DNA of 64,000 nt from Betaproteobacteria bacterium (GTDB taxonomy: Bacteria; Pseudomonadota; Gammaproteobacteria; Burkholderiales; Rhodocyclaceae): NCBI GenBank assembly GCA_019136545.1, contig JAGVUA010000049.1, positions 1,096-65,095 on the forward strand, written 5' to 3'. Under the pieces are notes generated by a model. The model had not been told where the DNA came from, did not search any database, and saw only the letters and a list, made by a program, of their open reading frames with translations. The position numbers and the translations under genes are program-made. Below, in pieces: positions 10,300-19,287 of this stretch (positions are counted from its first letter, which is position 1; each line of letters begins with the position of its first letter).

Positions 10300-11175
10300 A
10301 TGTCCGCCCAATTCTTGCAGCTCCTGTTTTCCGGCATCACGGTCGGGGCGACTTATGCGCTCGCCGCGCTCGGCTTCACGCTGATCTACAACGCCAGCAA
10401 CGTGATCAACTTCGCGCAAGGCGAATTCATCATGCTCGGCGGCATGCTGACGGTATTTTTTATCCATACCGGCCTGCCCATGCCGCTGGCGGTGGCGCTG
10501 GCGATCGTGTTGCCGGCCGGCGTCGGCATCCTGATCGAGAAACTGGCCATCCAGCCGGCCAAGGGCGCCGAGGTGGTGGCGCTCATCATCATTACCATCG
10601 GCGCATCCTTGCTGATTCGCGGGCTGGCGCAGGTCTTCTTCGGCAAGGGCAGCTTCGGCCTCGAGCCGTTTTCCAGCCATGCCCCCATCGACATCGGCGG
10701 CGCCGTACTCTTGCCGCAAAGCCTGTGGGTGTTGGCGGTCACGGCCCTCGTGGTGGTGATGCTCTGGCTGTTTTTCAGCCGTACCGTGATGGGCAAGGCC
10801 ATCCGCGCGACGTCCTGCAATCCGCTCGCCGCGCAATTGGTGGGCATCGACGTCCATTGGGTGTTGCTGCTCAGCTACGCCTTGTCGGCGGCGCTGGGCG
10901 CGATCGGCGGCATCCTGCTGACTCCCTTGACGATGACTTCCTACGATGTCGGGATCATGCTGGGACTCAAGGGCTTCGTCGCGGCGGTGGTGGGAGGGCT
11001 GGGCAGCGGTCTGGGCGCCGTGCTGGGCGGCCTGCTGGTCGGCATCATCGAAGCGATGTCGGCCGGCTATCTTTCCTCTGCCTACAAGGATGCGGTGCCT
11101 TTCGTGCTGATATTCATCATTCTGTTTTTTCTGCCGCGCGGCCTCATGGGCGCAAAGGCGACGGAGCGCGTATGA
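10300..11175 (+). CDS. Branched-chain-amino-acid-type (LivH family) ABC permease, pad-linked
   Basis: MSAQFLQLLFSGITVGATYALAALGFTLIYNASNVINFAQGEF is the canonical LivH N-terminus. The ORF was trimmed from 10171 to ATG 10300. Confidence 0.85.
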   Translation: MSAQFLQLLFSGITVGATYALAALGFTLIYNASNVINFAQGEFIMLGGMLTVFFIHTGLPMPLAVALAIVLPAGVGILIEKLAIQPAKGAEVVALIIITIGASLLIRGLAQVFFGKGSFGLEPFSSHAPIDIGGAVLLPQSLWVLAVTALVVVMLWLFFSRTVMGKAIRATSCNPLAAQLVGIDVHWVLLLSYALSAALGAIGGILLTPLTMTSYDVGIMLGLKGFVAAVVGGLGSGLGAVLGGLLVGIIEAMSAGYLSSAYKDAVPFVLIFIILFFLPRGLMGAKATERV

Positions 11176-12095
11176 AGCGGTTGGCCATGCCCTTGTTGGC
11201 ACTGATCCTGTTGCTGCTGCCGCTGGTGCTGCCCAACATGTACTACTACGACCTGGTCATCCGCATGACCATCAACGCCGTCATCGTCCTCGGCTTGAAC
11301 TTGTTGATCGGGTTTGCCGGGCAGATCAGCCTGGGCCATGCCGGCTTTTTCGGCATCGGCGCCTATGCTTCGGCGGTGCTGCCGACGCATTTTGGCTGGC
11401 ATCCCGTGGCGGCGCTGCTGGCGGGGGCCGTGGCCACGGCGCTGCTGGCCGCGCTGGTGGCGAAACCGATATTTCGCCTGCACGGCCACTACCTGGCGAT
11501 GGCGACGCTCGGTCTCGGCATCATCATCGCCATCGTCATTCGCAACGAAACCGGCTACACCGGCGGTCCGGACGGCATGGCGGTGCCGCCGCTCGCGATA
11601 TTCGGCCACGAGATCAGCGGCGAACGCGAATGGTACTGGGTGTTCGCGGCCAACCTGCTGCTGAGCGTATGGTTCTGCCGCAACCTGATGGACTCGCCGT
11701 TCGGCCGCGCCCTGCGCGCCTTGCATGGTTCGGAAGTGGCCGCCCAGGTGGTCGGCGTCGATCTGGCGCGTTACAAGATGGCCATCTTCGTCTTTTCGGC
11801 GTTCTTTGCCAGCATCATGGGCAGCCTGACCGCACACTATGTCGGTTTCATCACGCCCAACGTCGCCGATTTCTTCCACTCCATCGAACTGGTGACGATG
11901 GTGGTGGTGGGCGGCATGGCGTCGGTGTTCGGCTCCGTGGTCGGCGCCGTCTTGCTGACGGCGCTGCCGCAGGCGCTGGCCGCCTTCGACGGCTGGGAGA
12001 CTGTGGCGTTCGGTGCCATCCTGATGCTGTTCATGATATTCCTGCCGCGCGGCCTGGTCCCCACGCTGGCGGCCCGATTCGGACGGGGCGAGTGA
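11172..12095 (+). CDS. LivM-family ABC permease
   Basis: ATGA overlap with the upstream permease. Motif GFAGQISLGHAGFFGIGAY. Confidence 0.85.
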   Translation: MKRLAMPLLALILLLLPLVLPNMYYYDLVIRMTINAVIVLGLNLLIGFAGQISLGHAGFFGIGAYASAVLPTHFGWHPVAALLAGAVATALLAALVAKPIFRLHGHYLAMATLGLGIIIAIVIRNETGYTGGPDGMAVPPLAIFGHEISGEREWYWVFAANLLLSVWFCRNLMDSPFGRALRALHGSEVAAQVVGVDLARYKMAIFVFSAFFASIMGSLTAHYVGFITPNVADFFHSIELVTMVVVGGMASVFGSVVGAVLLTALPQALAAFDGWETVAFGAILMLFMIFLPRGLVPTLAARFGRGE

Positions 12096-12859
12096 TGGCG
12101 CTACTCGAGGTCAAGGGATTGAGCAAGGCGTTCGGCGGCGTACTGGCCGTCCAGGACGTCGGGTTCGCGGTGGAAGCCGGCCTGGTCTACTCGGTGATCG
12201 GCCCCAACGGCGCGGGCAAGACCACCTTGTTCAACCTGATTACGGGCATTTATCAACCCACCGGCGGCGAGATCAGCCTGGATGGCTGCAGCATCGTCGG
12301 CCAGCCGCCCCACAGGCTTGCCGGCATGGGCGTGGCGCGGACGTTCCAGAACCTGCAAATCTGCATGAACATGTCGGCACGCGAGAACGTCATGGTCGGC
12401 GCGCATCTGTCCCTGGATCGCAACCTCGTCAAGGCGATGATCCGCTGGCCGACCTTGCGCCGGTCGGACAATGCGTTGAGCGACCGGGCCGGGGAATTGA
12501 TGTGTTATGTGGGGCTCGACAGTTACCTGGCCAGTCCGGCGAGCGCCATGCCCTACGGCGCCCTGAAACGCCTGGAGATCGCCCGCGCACTGGCGGCGCG
12601 GCCGAAGCTGCTGTTCCTCGACGAACCGGCGGCCGGCCTCAACCCCAAGGAAACCGCCGAGATCGATGCGCTGATCCGGCGTATTGCCGATCAGGGCGTC
12701 ACCGTCGTGCTGGTGGAACACGACATGAAGATGGTGATGAACATTTCCGATCGCATCCTGGTGCTCGATTACGGCAAGAAGCTGGCGGAAGGCTCGGCGG
12801 CAGAAGTGCGCGCCAATCCGGCGGTCGTCGCCGCCTATTTGGGGGCCCACCATGCTTGA
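12095..12859 (+). CDS. LivG-family ABC ATP-binding protein
   Basis: TGATG overlap. MALLEVKGLSKAFGG..., Walker A GPNGAGKTT, LFLDEPAAGL. Confidence 0.85.
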   Translation: MALLEVKGLSKAFGGVLAVQDVGFAVEAGLVYSVIGPNGAGKTTLFNLITGIYQPTGGEISLDGCSIVGQPPHRLAGMGVARTFQNLQICMNMSARENVMVGAHLSLDRNLVKAMIRWPTLRRSDNALSDRAGELMCYVGLDSYLASPASAMPYGALKRLEIARALAARPKLLFLDEPAAGLNPKETAEIDALIRRIADQGVTVVLVEHDMKMVMNISDRILVLDYGKKLAEGSAAEVRANPAVVAAYLGAHHA

Positions 12860-12880
12860 GGCGCCATCGATGGCAACAAC

Positions 12881-12905
12881 GAAAGTCAGTGGTGGCGACA
12901 CGCCG
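12881..12905 (+). repeat. GAAAGTCAGCC-hairpin element, copy 1 (GAAAGTCAGTGGTGGCGACACGCCG)
   Basis: Lies between the livG stop and livF ATG 12906. Confidence 0.7.
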
Positions 12906-13613
12906 ATGCTGCTCGAGATTGATGGGCTTTCCGCCGGTTACGGGCGTATCGAGGCGGTGCGCAACGTCAGCCTCGCCGTCGGCCGCGGCCAACTGGTGGC
13001 GCTGGTGGGCGCCAATGGCGCCGGCAAGACGACTTTGCTGCGGACGATCTCGGGTGTGCATCGGAGCAGCGGCGGACGCGTGCTGTTCGACGGCCGGGAC
13101 ATCACGCGCCATCGGCCGGCCGAGCGCGTCAGACTGGGCATCTGCCAGGTTCCGGAAGGCAGGCAGGTGTTCGGGCCGCTGTCCGTGGCGGACAACCTGC
13201 GGCTGGGGGCCTATATCGGCTGCGATCGTCGCGTGATCGCCGACGACATGGACCGCATGTACGCCTTGTTCCCGATTCTCAAACAGAAGGCGGCCTTGCC
13301 GGCCGGCACCCTGTCCGGCGGTCAGCAACAGATGTTGGCCATGGCGCGCGCGCTGATGGGACGCCCCCGCATGCTGCTGCTGGACGAGCCGTCGATGGGG
13401 CTGGCGCCGCTGCTGGTCGAGGAAATCCTCGCGGCGGTCAACGATCTGCGCAAGCAGGGAATCACGATCTTCCTGATCGAGCAAAACGCCCACGCGGCGT
13501 TGTCGATCGCCGACCATGGATATGTCATCGAAAGCGGGAAAGTGGTGCTTTCGGGTACGGGTGCTGAGTTATTGGGCAATGAACAGGTGCGTGCCGCGTA
13601 CCTGGGCATCTGA
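12906..13613 (+). CDS. LivF-family ABC ATP-binding protein
   Basis: MLLEIDGLSAGYG..., Walker A GANGAGKTT, LSGGQQQMLA, LLLDEPSMGL. An alternative ATG at 12852 would overlap livG and read the repeat at 12881 as TKVSGGDTP. Confidence 0.75.
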   Translation: MLLEIDGLSAGYGRIEAVRNVSLAVGRGQLVALVGANGAGKTTLLRTISGVHRSSGGRVLFDGRDITRHRPAERVRLGICQVPEGRQVFGPLSVADNLRLGAYIGCDRRVIADDMDRMYALFPILKQKAALPAGTLSGGQQQMLAMARALMGRPRMLLLDEPSMGLAPLLVEEILAAVNDLRKQGITIFLIEQNAHAALSIADHGYVIESGKVVLSGTGAELLGNEQVRAAYLGI

Positions 13614-13662
13614 AGGAGCCTCGGCTCGGGGCGGTTATTACAACTATCATCAAGGAGACAAC

Positions 13663-14820
13663 ATGAAAAAGTTTGCGCGACGTATTCTTGCGACCACGGC
13701 AGGTATCGCCATGGCTGCCGGCTTGGGAACGGCAGCCATGGCTGCCGAGCCGATCAAGATCGGTTCGGTGCTGTCGGCCACCGGCCCGGCAGCTTTCCTG
13801 GGCGATCCCGAGGCGAAGACGCTGCAGCTCTATGTCGAGAAGATCAACAAGGAGGGCGGCGTGCTCGGTCGTCCGCTGCAACTCGTTCATTACGACGACG
13901 GATCGGATGCCACCAAGGCCAATGCGTTCGGCAAGCGCTTGATCGAAGACGACAAGGTCGACATCATCGTCGGGGGGACCACCACCGGCTCCACCATGTC
14001 GATGGTGCCCCTGGTCGAGAAGGCCGAGGTTCCCTTCATTTCGCTTGCGGGCGCCGTCGTGATCGTCGAGCCGGTGAAAAAGTGGGTGTTCAAGACGCCG
14101 CATACCGATCGCATGGCGGCCGAAAAAGTTTTCGAGGACATGAAGAAGCGCGGCTTGACCAAGGTGGCGCTGCTTTCGGAAACCAGCGGCTTTGGCGCTT
14201 CGGGCAAAAAGGAGTCGGAAGCCATGGCGGCGAAGATGGGCATTACCTTGCTGGCCAACGAAACCTATGGCGCCAAGGATACCGACATGACGCCGCAGCT
14301 GACCAAGATCAAGAACACCCCCGGTGTCCAGGCCGTGTTCGTCTTCGGTCTCGGGCAGGGCCCGTCGGTGGTGAACAAGAATTTCCGGCAGCTCGGCATG
14401 ACGCTGCCGCTTTACCACGCGCACGGCGTCGCTTCGGAAGAGTTCATCAAGTTGTCCGGTCCTGCCGCCGAAGGGGTCCGCCTGCCGGCGGCGGCGCTGC
14501 TGGTGGCGAACAAGCTGGCCGCCAACGATCCGCAGAAGCCGGTCGTTATGGACTACCGCAAGACCTACGGGGACCGCTACAAGGAAGACGTATCGACCTT
14601 CGGCGGCCATGCCTACGATGGCCTGATGATCGCCGTGGATGCCATCAAGCGTGCCGGCAGCACCGACAAGGCCAAGGTGCGTGACGCCATCGAGGCCACC
14701 AAGGGCTACGTGGGTACCGGTGGCAAGGTGAACATGTCGCCCACCGACCACATGGGACTCGATCTTTCGGCCTTCCGCATGCTGGAAGTCAAGAACGGAG
14801 ACTGGACGCTGGTTGAGTGA
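13663..14820 (+). CDS. Periplasmic substrate-binding protein (Leu/Ile/Val-binding family), pad-linked
   Basis: AAGGAGA RBS. Signal peptide MKKFARRILATTAGIAMAAGLGTAAMA/AEP, then IKIGSVLSATGPAAFLG. Confidence 0.85.
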   Translation: MKKFARRILATTAGIAMAAGLGTAAMAAEPIKIGSVLSATGPAAFLGDPEAKTLQLYVEKINKEGGVLGRPLQLVHYDDGSDATKANAFGKRLIEDDKVDIIVGGTTTGSTMSMVPLVEKAEVPFISLAGAVVIVEPVKKWVFKTPHTDRMAAEKVFEDMKKRGLTKVALLSETSGFGASGKKESEAMAAKMGITLLANETYGAKDTDMTPQLTKIKNTPGVQAVFVFGLGQGPSVVNKNFRQLGMTLPLYHAHGVASEEFIKLSGPAAEGVRLPAAALLVANKLAANDPQKPVVMDYRKTYGDRYKEDVSTFGGHAYDGLMIAVDAIKRAGSTDKAKVRDAIEATKGYVGTGGKVNMSPTDHMGLDLSAFRMLEVKNGDWTLVE

Positions 14821-14916
14821 CAAGGCGGTGACGGGCGGCGGCGTTTGGCTGATGCGCCACCGCCCGGCATGAGCGATGTAATACACTGCGAACCTTCATT
14901 CTCATGCTTGACCCCG

Positions 14917-15849
14917 ATGGAAAACCGGTCGCTCAGCCGCTGGATCGTCGATATGCTGGCCGAACGACCGGTTCGGGCCAACTCCCTGATCATCACCATC
15001 TTTGGCGACATGATCGCCCCCCATGGGGGGACGGTTTGGCTTGGCAGCCTGATCGGCCTGGTCGCGCCTTTCGGCATCAACGCCCGCTTGGTGCGAACCA
15101 GCGTATTCCGCCTGTCCCGCGAGAAGTGGTTGGTCTCGCATCAAATCGGCCGACGTAGCTATTACAGCCTGACGGCGATGGGCCATCGCCGTTTCGACCA
15201 CGCTTATCGGCGCATCTATAACGACCCGCGCACGCACTGGGAAGGCGATTGGCAACTTGTCATGGTGCCGAACGAAGCCTTGACGGCCGCGCAGCGGGAC
15301 GCCTTGCGCACGGAATTGCTTTGGGAAGGCTTCGGTTCGATCGCGCCGGGCGTCATGGCGCATCCTTCCGCGAGCGAGGACTCGCTGCTCGACATCCTGG
15401 AAAGCACCGGCGCCCACGACAAGGTCGTCGTCCTGCAGGCACATACGCTTGGCGCTCTGGTAGGGCGGCCTTTGAAGGCGCTCGTCGAGGGTTGTTGGAA
15501 CCTCAAGCGCGTCGCCGACGAATATCGCCGCTTCCTGGAGTACTTCCGGCCGGTGGTCCGCATGCTGGGCAATGCCGCGCGCCAGGATCCCGAACAATGC
15601 TTCATGGTTCGCGTGCTGTTGATGCACGAATTCCGGCGCGTCCAACTGCGCGATCCCCAACTGCCCCGTCAATTGCTGCCGACCGACTGGCCGGGCGACA
15701 AGGCGCGCGCGCTCTGTGCCGATATCTACCGGCTATGCCGCGAGACGACGGAGAGGCATCTGATGACCACCCTGGAAACGCCGGACGGTCCGCTGCCCAA
15801 GGCCAATGCCCTGTTTCAGGAGCGCTTCAGCGGCGTCGGCAGCGATTAG
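14917..15849 (+). CDS. paaX: PaaX-family phenylacetate catabolon repressor
   Basis: SLIITIFGD...GGTVWLGSLI...RTSVFRLSREKWL...GRRSYYSLT matches the PaaX winged-helix N-terminal domain as I recall it from E. coli. The start is uncertain (ATG 14917 or 14869, TTG 14845). Confidence 0.75.
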   Translation: MENRSLSRWIVDMLAERPVRANSLIITIFGDMIAPHGGTVWLGSLIGLVAPFGINARLVRTSVFRLSREKWLVSHQIGRRSYYSLTAMGHRRFDHAYRRIYNDPRTHWEGDWQLVMVPNEALTAAQRDALRTELLWEGFGSIAPGVMAHPSASEDSLLDILESTGAHDKVVVLQAHTLGALVGRPLKALVEGCWNLKRVADEYRRFLEYFRPVVRMLGNAARQDPEQCFMVRVLLMHEFRRVQLRDPQLPRQLLPTDWPGDKARALCADIYRLCRETTERHLMTTLETPDGPLPKANALFQERFSGVGSD

Positions 15850-15870
15850 CTGGACGATGGGACACGGCTT

Positions 15871-16809
15871 TCAGTGCCGGTCGACGACGCCCAGTATGCT
15901 GAAGTCAATCTCGCCGGTCGGCGTCATAACGGCGCTGGTGAAGCTGGTGCGGTCGGGGCGCAGCGAAGCCTCGAAGGTCCGACCTTGATCGCGGCTGGTC
16001 AGGGTGACTCCGGACAGCCCGAGCAGGCGCACGGTGCCATCCTGCGCTTGCCAAGCAGTGGTTAGCGACTGCTGGGTGCCACTGGGCACCTCTTGCCACG
16101 AACGGCCCCGGTCCTGACTGCGAAAGATGTGGCCGCGCAGCCCGGCGATCAACAGGCTGCCGTCGGACAAGGCCAGGCCCGTCCAGAAAGAACCTTTATT
16201 GCTGGTCGGTATCGCTTGCCATGTTTTGCCGGCATCTTCGGACCGCAAGACAAAGCCTCCTTCGGCCGCGATCAGCAGCAAGCCGTTGCGTCCGTCCACA
16301 ATGCTTTGCAGGTGTATTTCCCCGGCATCGCCTTCGACCAGCCGTCGCTCCTGCCAGGTATTGCCCCCGTCCGTGGTTTCCAGGGCCAGGCCGAATTGAC
16401 CGACCGCCAAGCCATGCTCGGCATTCTCGAACCATATCGAGAGCAGCACGCGTTCCTTGCCGGGCTCTTCGCGCTGTAGACGCCAAGTTTCGCCGCCATC
16501 GCTGGTGGCCAGGATCGTGCCGTCGTGGCCGGCCGCCCATCCGCGGCGAGCATCCAGGAAGAAAACGCTGGTAAGCGGAGCGCGGGTTGGCACCTGACTT
16601 TGTCGAAAGCTTTGGCCGTCGTCGGAAAGGATGATGGCGCCGTAATCGCCTACCGCGACGATGCGCGCGCCTGCCATGGTTGCCCCGAGAATCGGCGCCC
16701 GTGCCGGGTTGGCCAGATGTGGCGCCTGGCGCGGCGCCGCCTCGGCGGCAGGTGGCGATGCGGCGGCCATCGCGAGCGAGGACAGCATCAGGACCAGGAA
16801 TCGCTTCAC
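15871..16809 (-). CDS. BNR/Ycf48-like beta-propeller protein with signal peptide
   Basis: Repeated SxDxGxTW-type motifs (DGGETW, DGGNTW, DAGKTW, DRGRSW, DQGRTF). GTG 16809 lies 8 nt after AGGGAG. Signal peptide VKRFLVLMLSSLAMAAA. Confidence 0.7.
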   Translation of the reverse strand: MKRFLVLMLSSLAMAAASPPAAEAAPRQAPHLANPARAPILGATMAGARIVAVGDYGAIILSDDGQSFRQSQVPTRAPLTSVFFLDARRGWAAGHDGTILATSDGGETWRLQREEPGKERVLLSIWFENAEHGLAVGQFGLALETTDGGNTWQERRLVEGDAGEIHLQSIVDGRNGLLLIAAEGGFVLRSEDAGKTWQAIPTSNKGSFWTGLALSDGSLLIAGLRGHIFRSQDRGRSWQEVPSGTQQSLTTAWQAQDGTVRLLGLSGVTLTSRDQGRTFEASLRPDRTSFTSAVMTPTGEIDFSILGVVDRH

Positions 16810-16824
16810 ACCCAATACTCCCTA

Positions 16825-19200
16825 CTAATGGCCAATGACCGAAGCGCGTACCGGCCCGCGGCGCGGAAACACGGCTTCCAGAACCGCGGCGAAGGCGGGC
16901 AGCACCGTGATGGCGGTCAGCATGTTCACGATGAACATGAACGTCAGCAAGATCCCCATGTCGGCCTGGAACTTCAGATCCGAAAGCGCCCAGGTGGCAA
17001 CGCCGACCGAAAGGGTAATGGCTGTAAAGACGGTGGCGATGCCGACTTCGCGCAAGGTTGCGCGCAGTGCGAGCAGCATCGGCTCCTGCCGGGAGAGGTG
17101 CACCAGCAGGCGGTTGTAAATGTAAAACGCATAATCTACGCCAATGCCGGTGGCCAGCACCATGACCGGTAGCGTGGCGACCGTCAGGCCGATGTCGAGC
17201 GTCTTCATGAACCAGTAGCCCAGGAACGTGGCCAGCGTCAGAGGCAGGCAGCACGCCAGCATCGCCCGCCAATCGCGATAGGCGATGAGCACCAGCGCCA
17301 TGATCGCGAGGTATACGTAGATGATCATGGGCAATTCCCGCGATTCCACTTCCTCGTTGGTCGCGGCCAGCACGCCGATATTGCCCGAGGCGAGCCGCAC
17401 CTTCACGCCGAGCGGCGTGGGGTCATACGCCTGCCGGAAGCTCTTGACGGCCTGGATGGCCGCTCCGATGGTGGTGGCCCGGTGATCGGCCAGATAGATG
17501 TTGGCGGCCATCATGGTGCAGGCGCGGTTGAACAAGCCGCCGGCCTCGGGGAGATAGCCCACCGCCACTTGCAGCGCCTTGCTGTCGCGCGGGAGCGCCG
17601 TCAACTTCGGATTGCCTTCGTTTAGACCGGCATTGGCAAACTTGGCCAGGGCAGACAGCGACGATACCGACAGGACGCCCGGCACCTGGGCCATGTGCAA
17701 GGTGAACTGATCGATGTAGTCGAGAATCGGGAAGCTGTTGCAGGAGTCGTTGGGCGTTTCGAAGACGACCGTCAGGACATCCATGCCCAGGTCGAAGCGC
17801 TTGACGATGTTCTCCGTGTCGATGTTGTAGCGGGCGTCGGGCCTGAGTTCGGGCGCGCCCGGCTGCAAGGCGCCGATATGGCGGCCGTGGCTTTGCCAGA
17901 TGGCCACCGCCAGCAGCACCGCCGCCACGGCCAGTACCGTGCCGGCATGGCGGAGATCGGCGATCACACCCAATCGCTCGATGATTCTGCCGCGCTGAGC
18001 CTGCAGGGCCTCGAGCCGCAGCGCGTAGTCCTGGGAGAACTTGAAATAGGAGGCTACCAGCGGCAACATGATGAGATTGGTGATGATCTTGTAGCCCACG
18101 CCGATGGAGGCGGTGATGCCCAGTTCGCGAATCATCGGTATCGGGATCATTACCAGCGTGATGAAGCCGACGAAAGCGGTCACCAGGGCCAGCGAACCCG
18201 GCACGAACAGGCTGGAGAAACTTTCGCGACTCGCTTCGACGGAGCTGGCGCCGCGCGCCACAGCCTTGGTGATGGCATTGATTTGCTGCACGCCATGGGA
18301 GACGCCGATGGCGAATACCAGAAAAGGTACCAGGATGGCGAGGGGATCGAGACCATAACCGAGCAAAGTCAGCGTGCCGAATTGCCAGACCACCGAGGTC
18401 ATCGAGCATAGCAGGGGTAGCAGCGTGAGCAGGATCGAGCGGCAGTACCAATAGACGGCTAGCGCCGTCAGCAGGGTGGCCAACGCGAAGAACTGCGCTA
18501 CGCCGCGGGCGCCGTCGGCGATATCGCCGATCTGCTTGGCGAAGCCGATGATTTCGATGGCATGATCGGGCGATTCGAGCTTGCCGCGCAGGTCCTTCTC
18601 GAGCCGGGTGGCAAGATCGAGATAATCGAGCTTGCGGTGGGTGTTGGGGTCCTCCTCCAGCAGGTCGGCGACGATCATCGCCGCCGTACCGTCGTTGGCG
18701 ACCAGGCTTCCGATGTAACCGCCGCGGATGGCGCGATCCTGAATCCGGGCAATATTGGCTTCGTCGAGCGCATCGGGCGTGATGTTGCCACCGATGACGT
18801 CTTCGGCTTCGAAGCCCTCCTCGGTCAACTCATAGACGCGCGTGTTGGGCGTCCACAGAGACTGTACGGAGCGCCGATCGATGCCGGGCAGGAACAGCAC
18901 GGCTTCGGTGACTTCGTGCAGCTTTTTAAGCGATGGCGCGGTCCAGATGCTGCCTTGGCGGGCGCGCACCACGACCATGACGCGGTTCGAACCGAACAGC
19001 TGCGTACGGTATTGGAAAAACGTATCGGTGTATTCGTGCCCGATGGGCAACTGCTTGTCGAAGCCCGCCGACATGTGCAGACGGGTCGCCAGCACGCCCA
19101 TGCCTATCGTGAAGACGGCGAGGATGAGCAGGGTGGGCAGACGAAACCGAAAGAAAAAAGATTCCAGGCGCTTGACCGCGCCAACTATGCCGCCGCTCAT
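16825..19200 (-). CDS. RND-superfamily (MMPL/HpnN-like) inner-membrane transporter
   Basis: About 790 aa. Two repeats of a large soluble loop plus a hydrophobic bundle. Partner genes DUF1302/DUF1329/BNR. ATG 19200 (TTG 19209 also possible). Confidence 0.75.
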   Translation of the reverse strand: MSGGIVGAVKRLESFFFRFRLPTLLILAVFTIGMGVLATRLHMSAGFDKQLPIGHEYTDTFFQYRTQLFGSNRVMVVVRARQGSIWTAPSLKKLHEVTEAVLFLPGIDRRSVQSLWTPNTRVYELTEEGFEAEDVIGGNITPDALDEANIARIQDRAIRGGYIGSLVANDGTAAMIVADLLEEDPNTHRKLDYLDLATRLEKDLRGKLESPDHAIEIIGFAKQIGDIADGARGVAQFFALATLLTALAVYWYCRSILLTLLPLLCSMTSVVWQFGTLTLLGYGLDPLAILVPFLVFAIGVSHGVQQINAITKAVARGASSVEASRESFSSLFVPGSLALVTAFVGFITLVMIPIPMIRELGITASIGVGYKIITNLIMLPLVASYFKFSQDYALRLEALQAQRGRIIERLGVIADLRHAGTVLAVAAVLLAVAIWQSHGRHIGALQPGAPELRPDARYNIDTENIVKRFDLGMDVLTVVFETPNDSCNSFPILDYIDQFTLHMAQVPGVLSVSSLSALAKFANAGLNEGNPKLTALPRDSKALQVAVGYLPEAGGLFNRACTMMAANIYLADHRATTIGAAIQAVKSFRQAYDPTPLGVKVRLASGNIGVLAATNEEVESRELPMIIYVYLAIMALVLIAYRDWRAMLACCLPLTLATFLGYWFMKTLDIGLTVATLPVMVLATGIGVDYAFYIYNRLLVHLSRQEPMLLALRATLREVGIATVFTAITLSVGVATWALSDLKFQADMGILLTFMFIVNMLTAITVLPAFAAVLEAVFPRRGPVRASVIGH

Positions 19201-19287
19201 GTCAGACAATCGTTATCGTGAGCGGCGGGGCGCGCTTGGCACGCCCCGCCGCAATGTGAAAAGTCGGATGACAACCGCGATCCAGGA

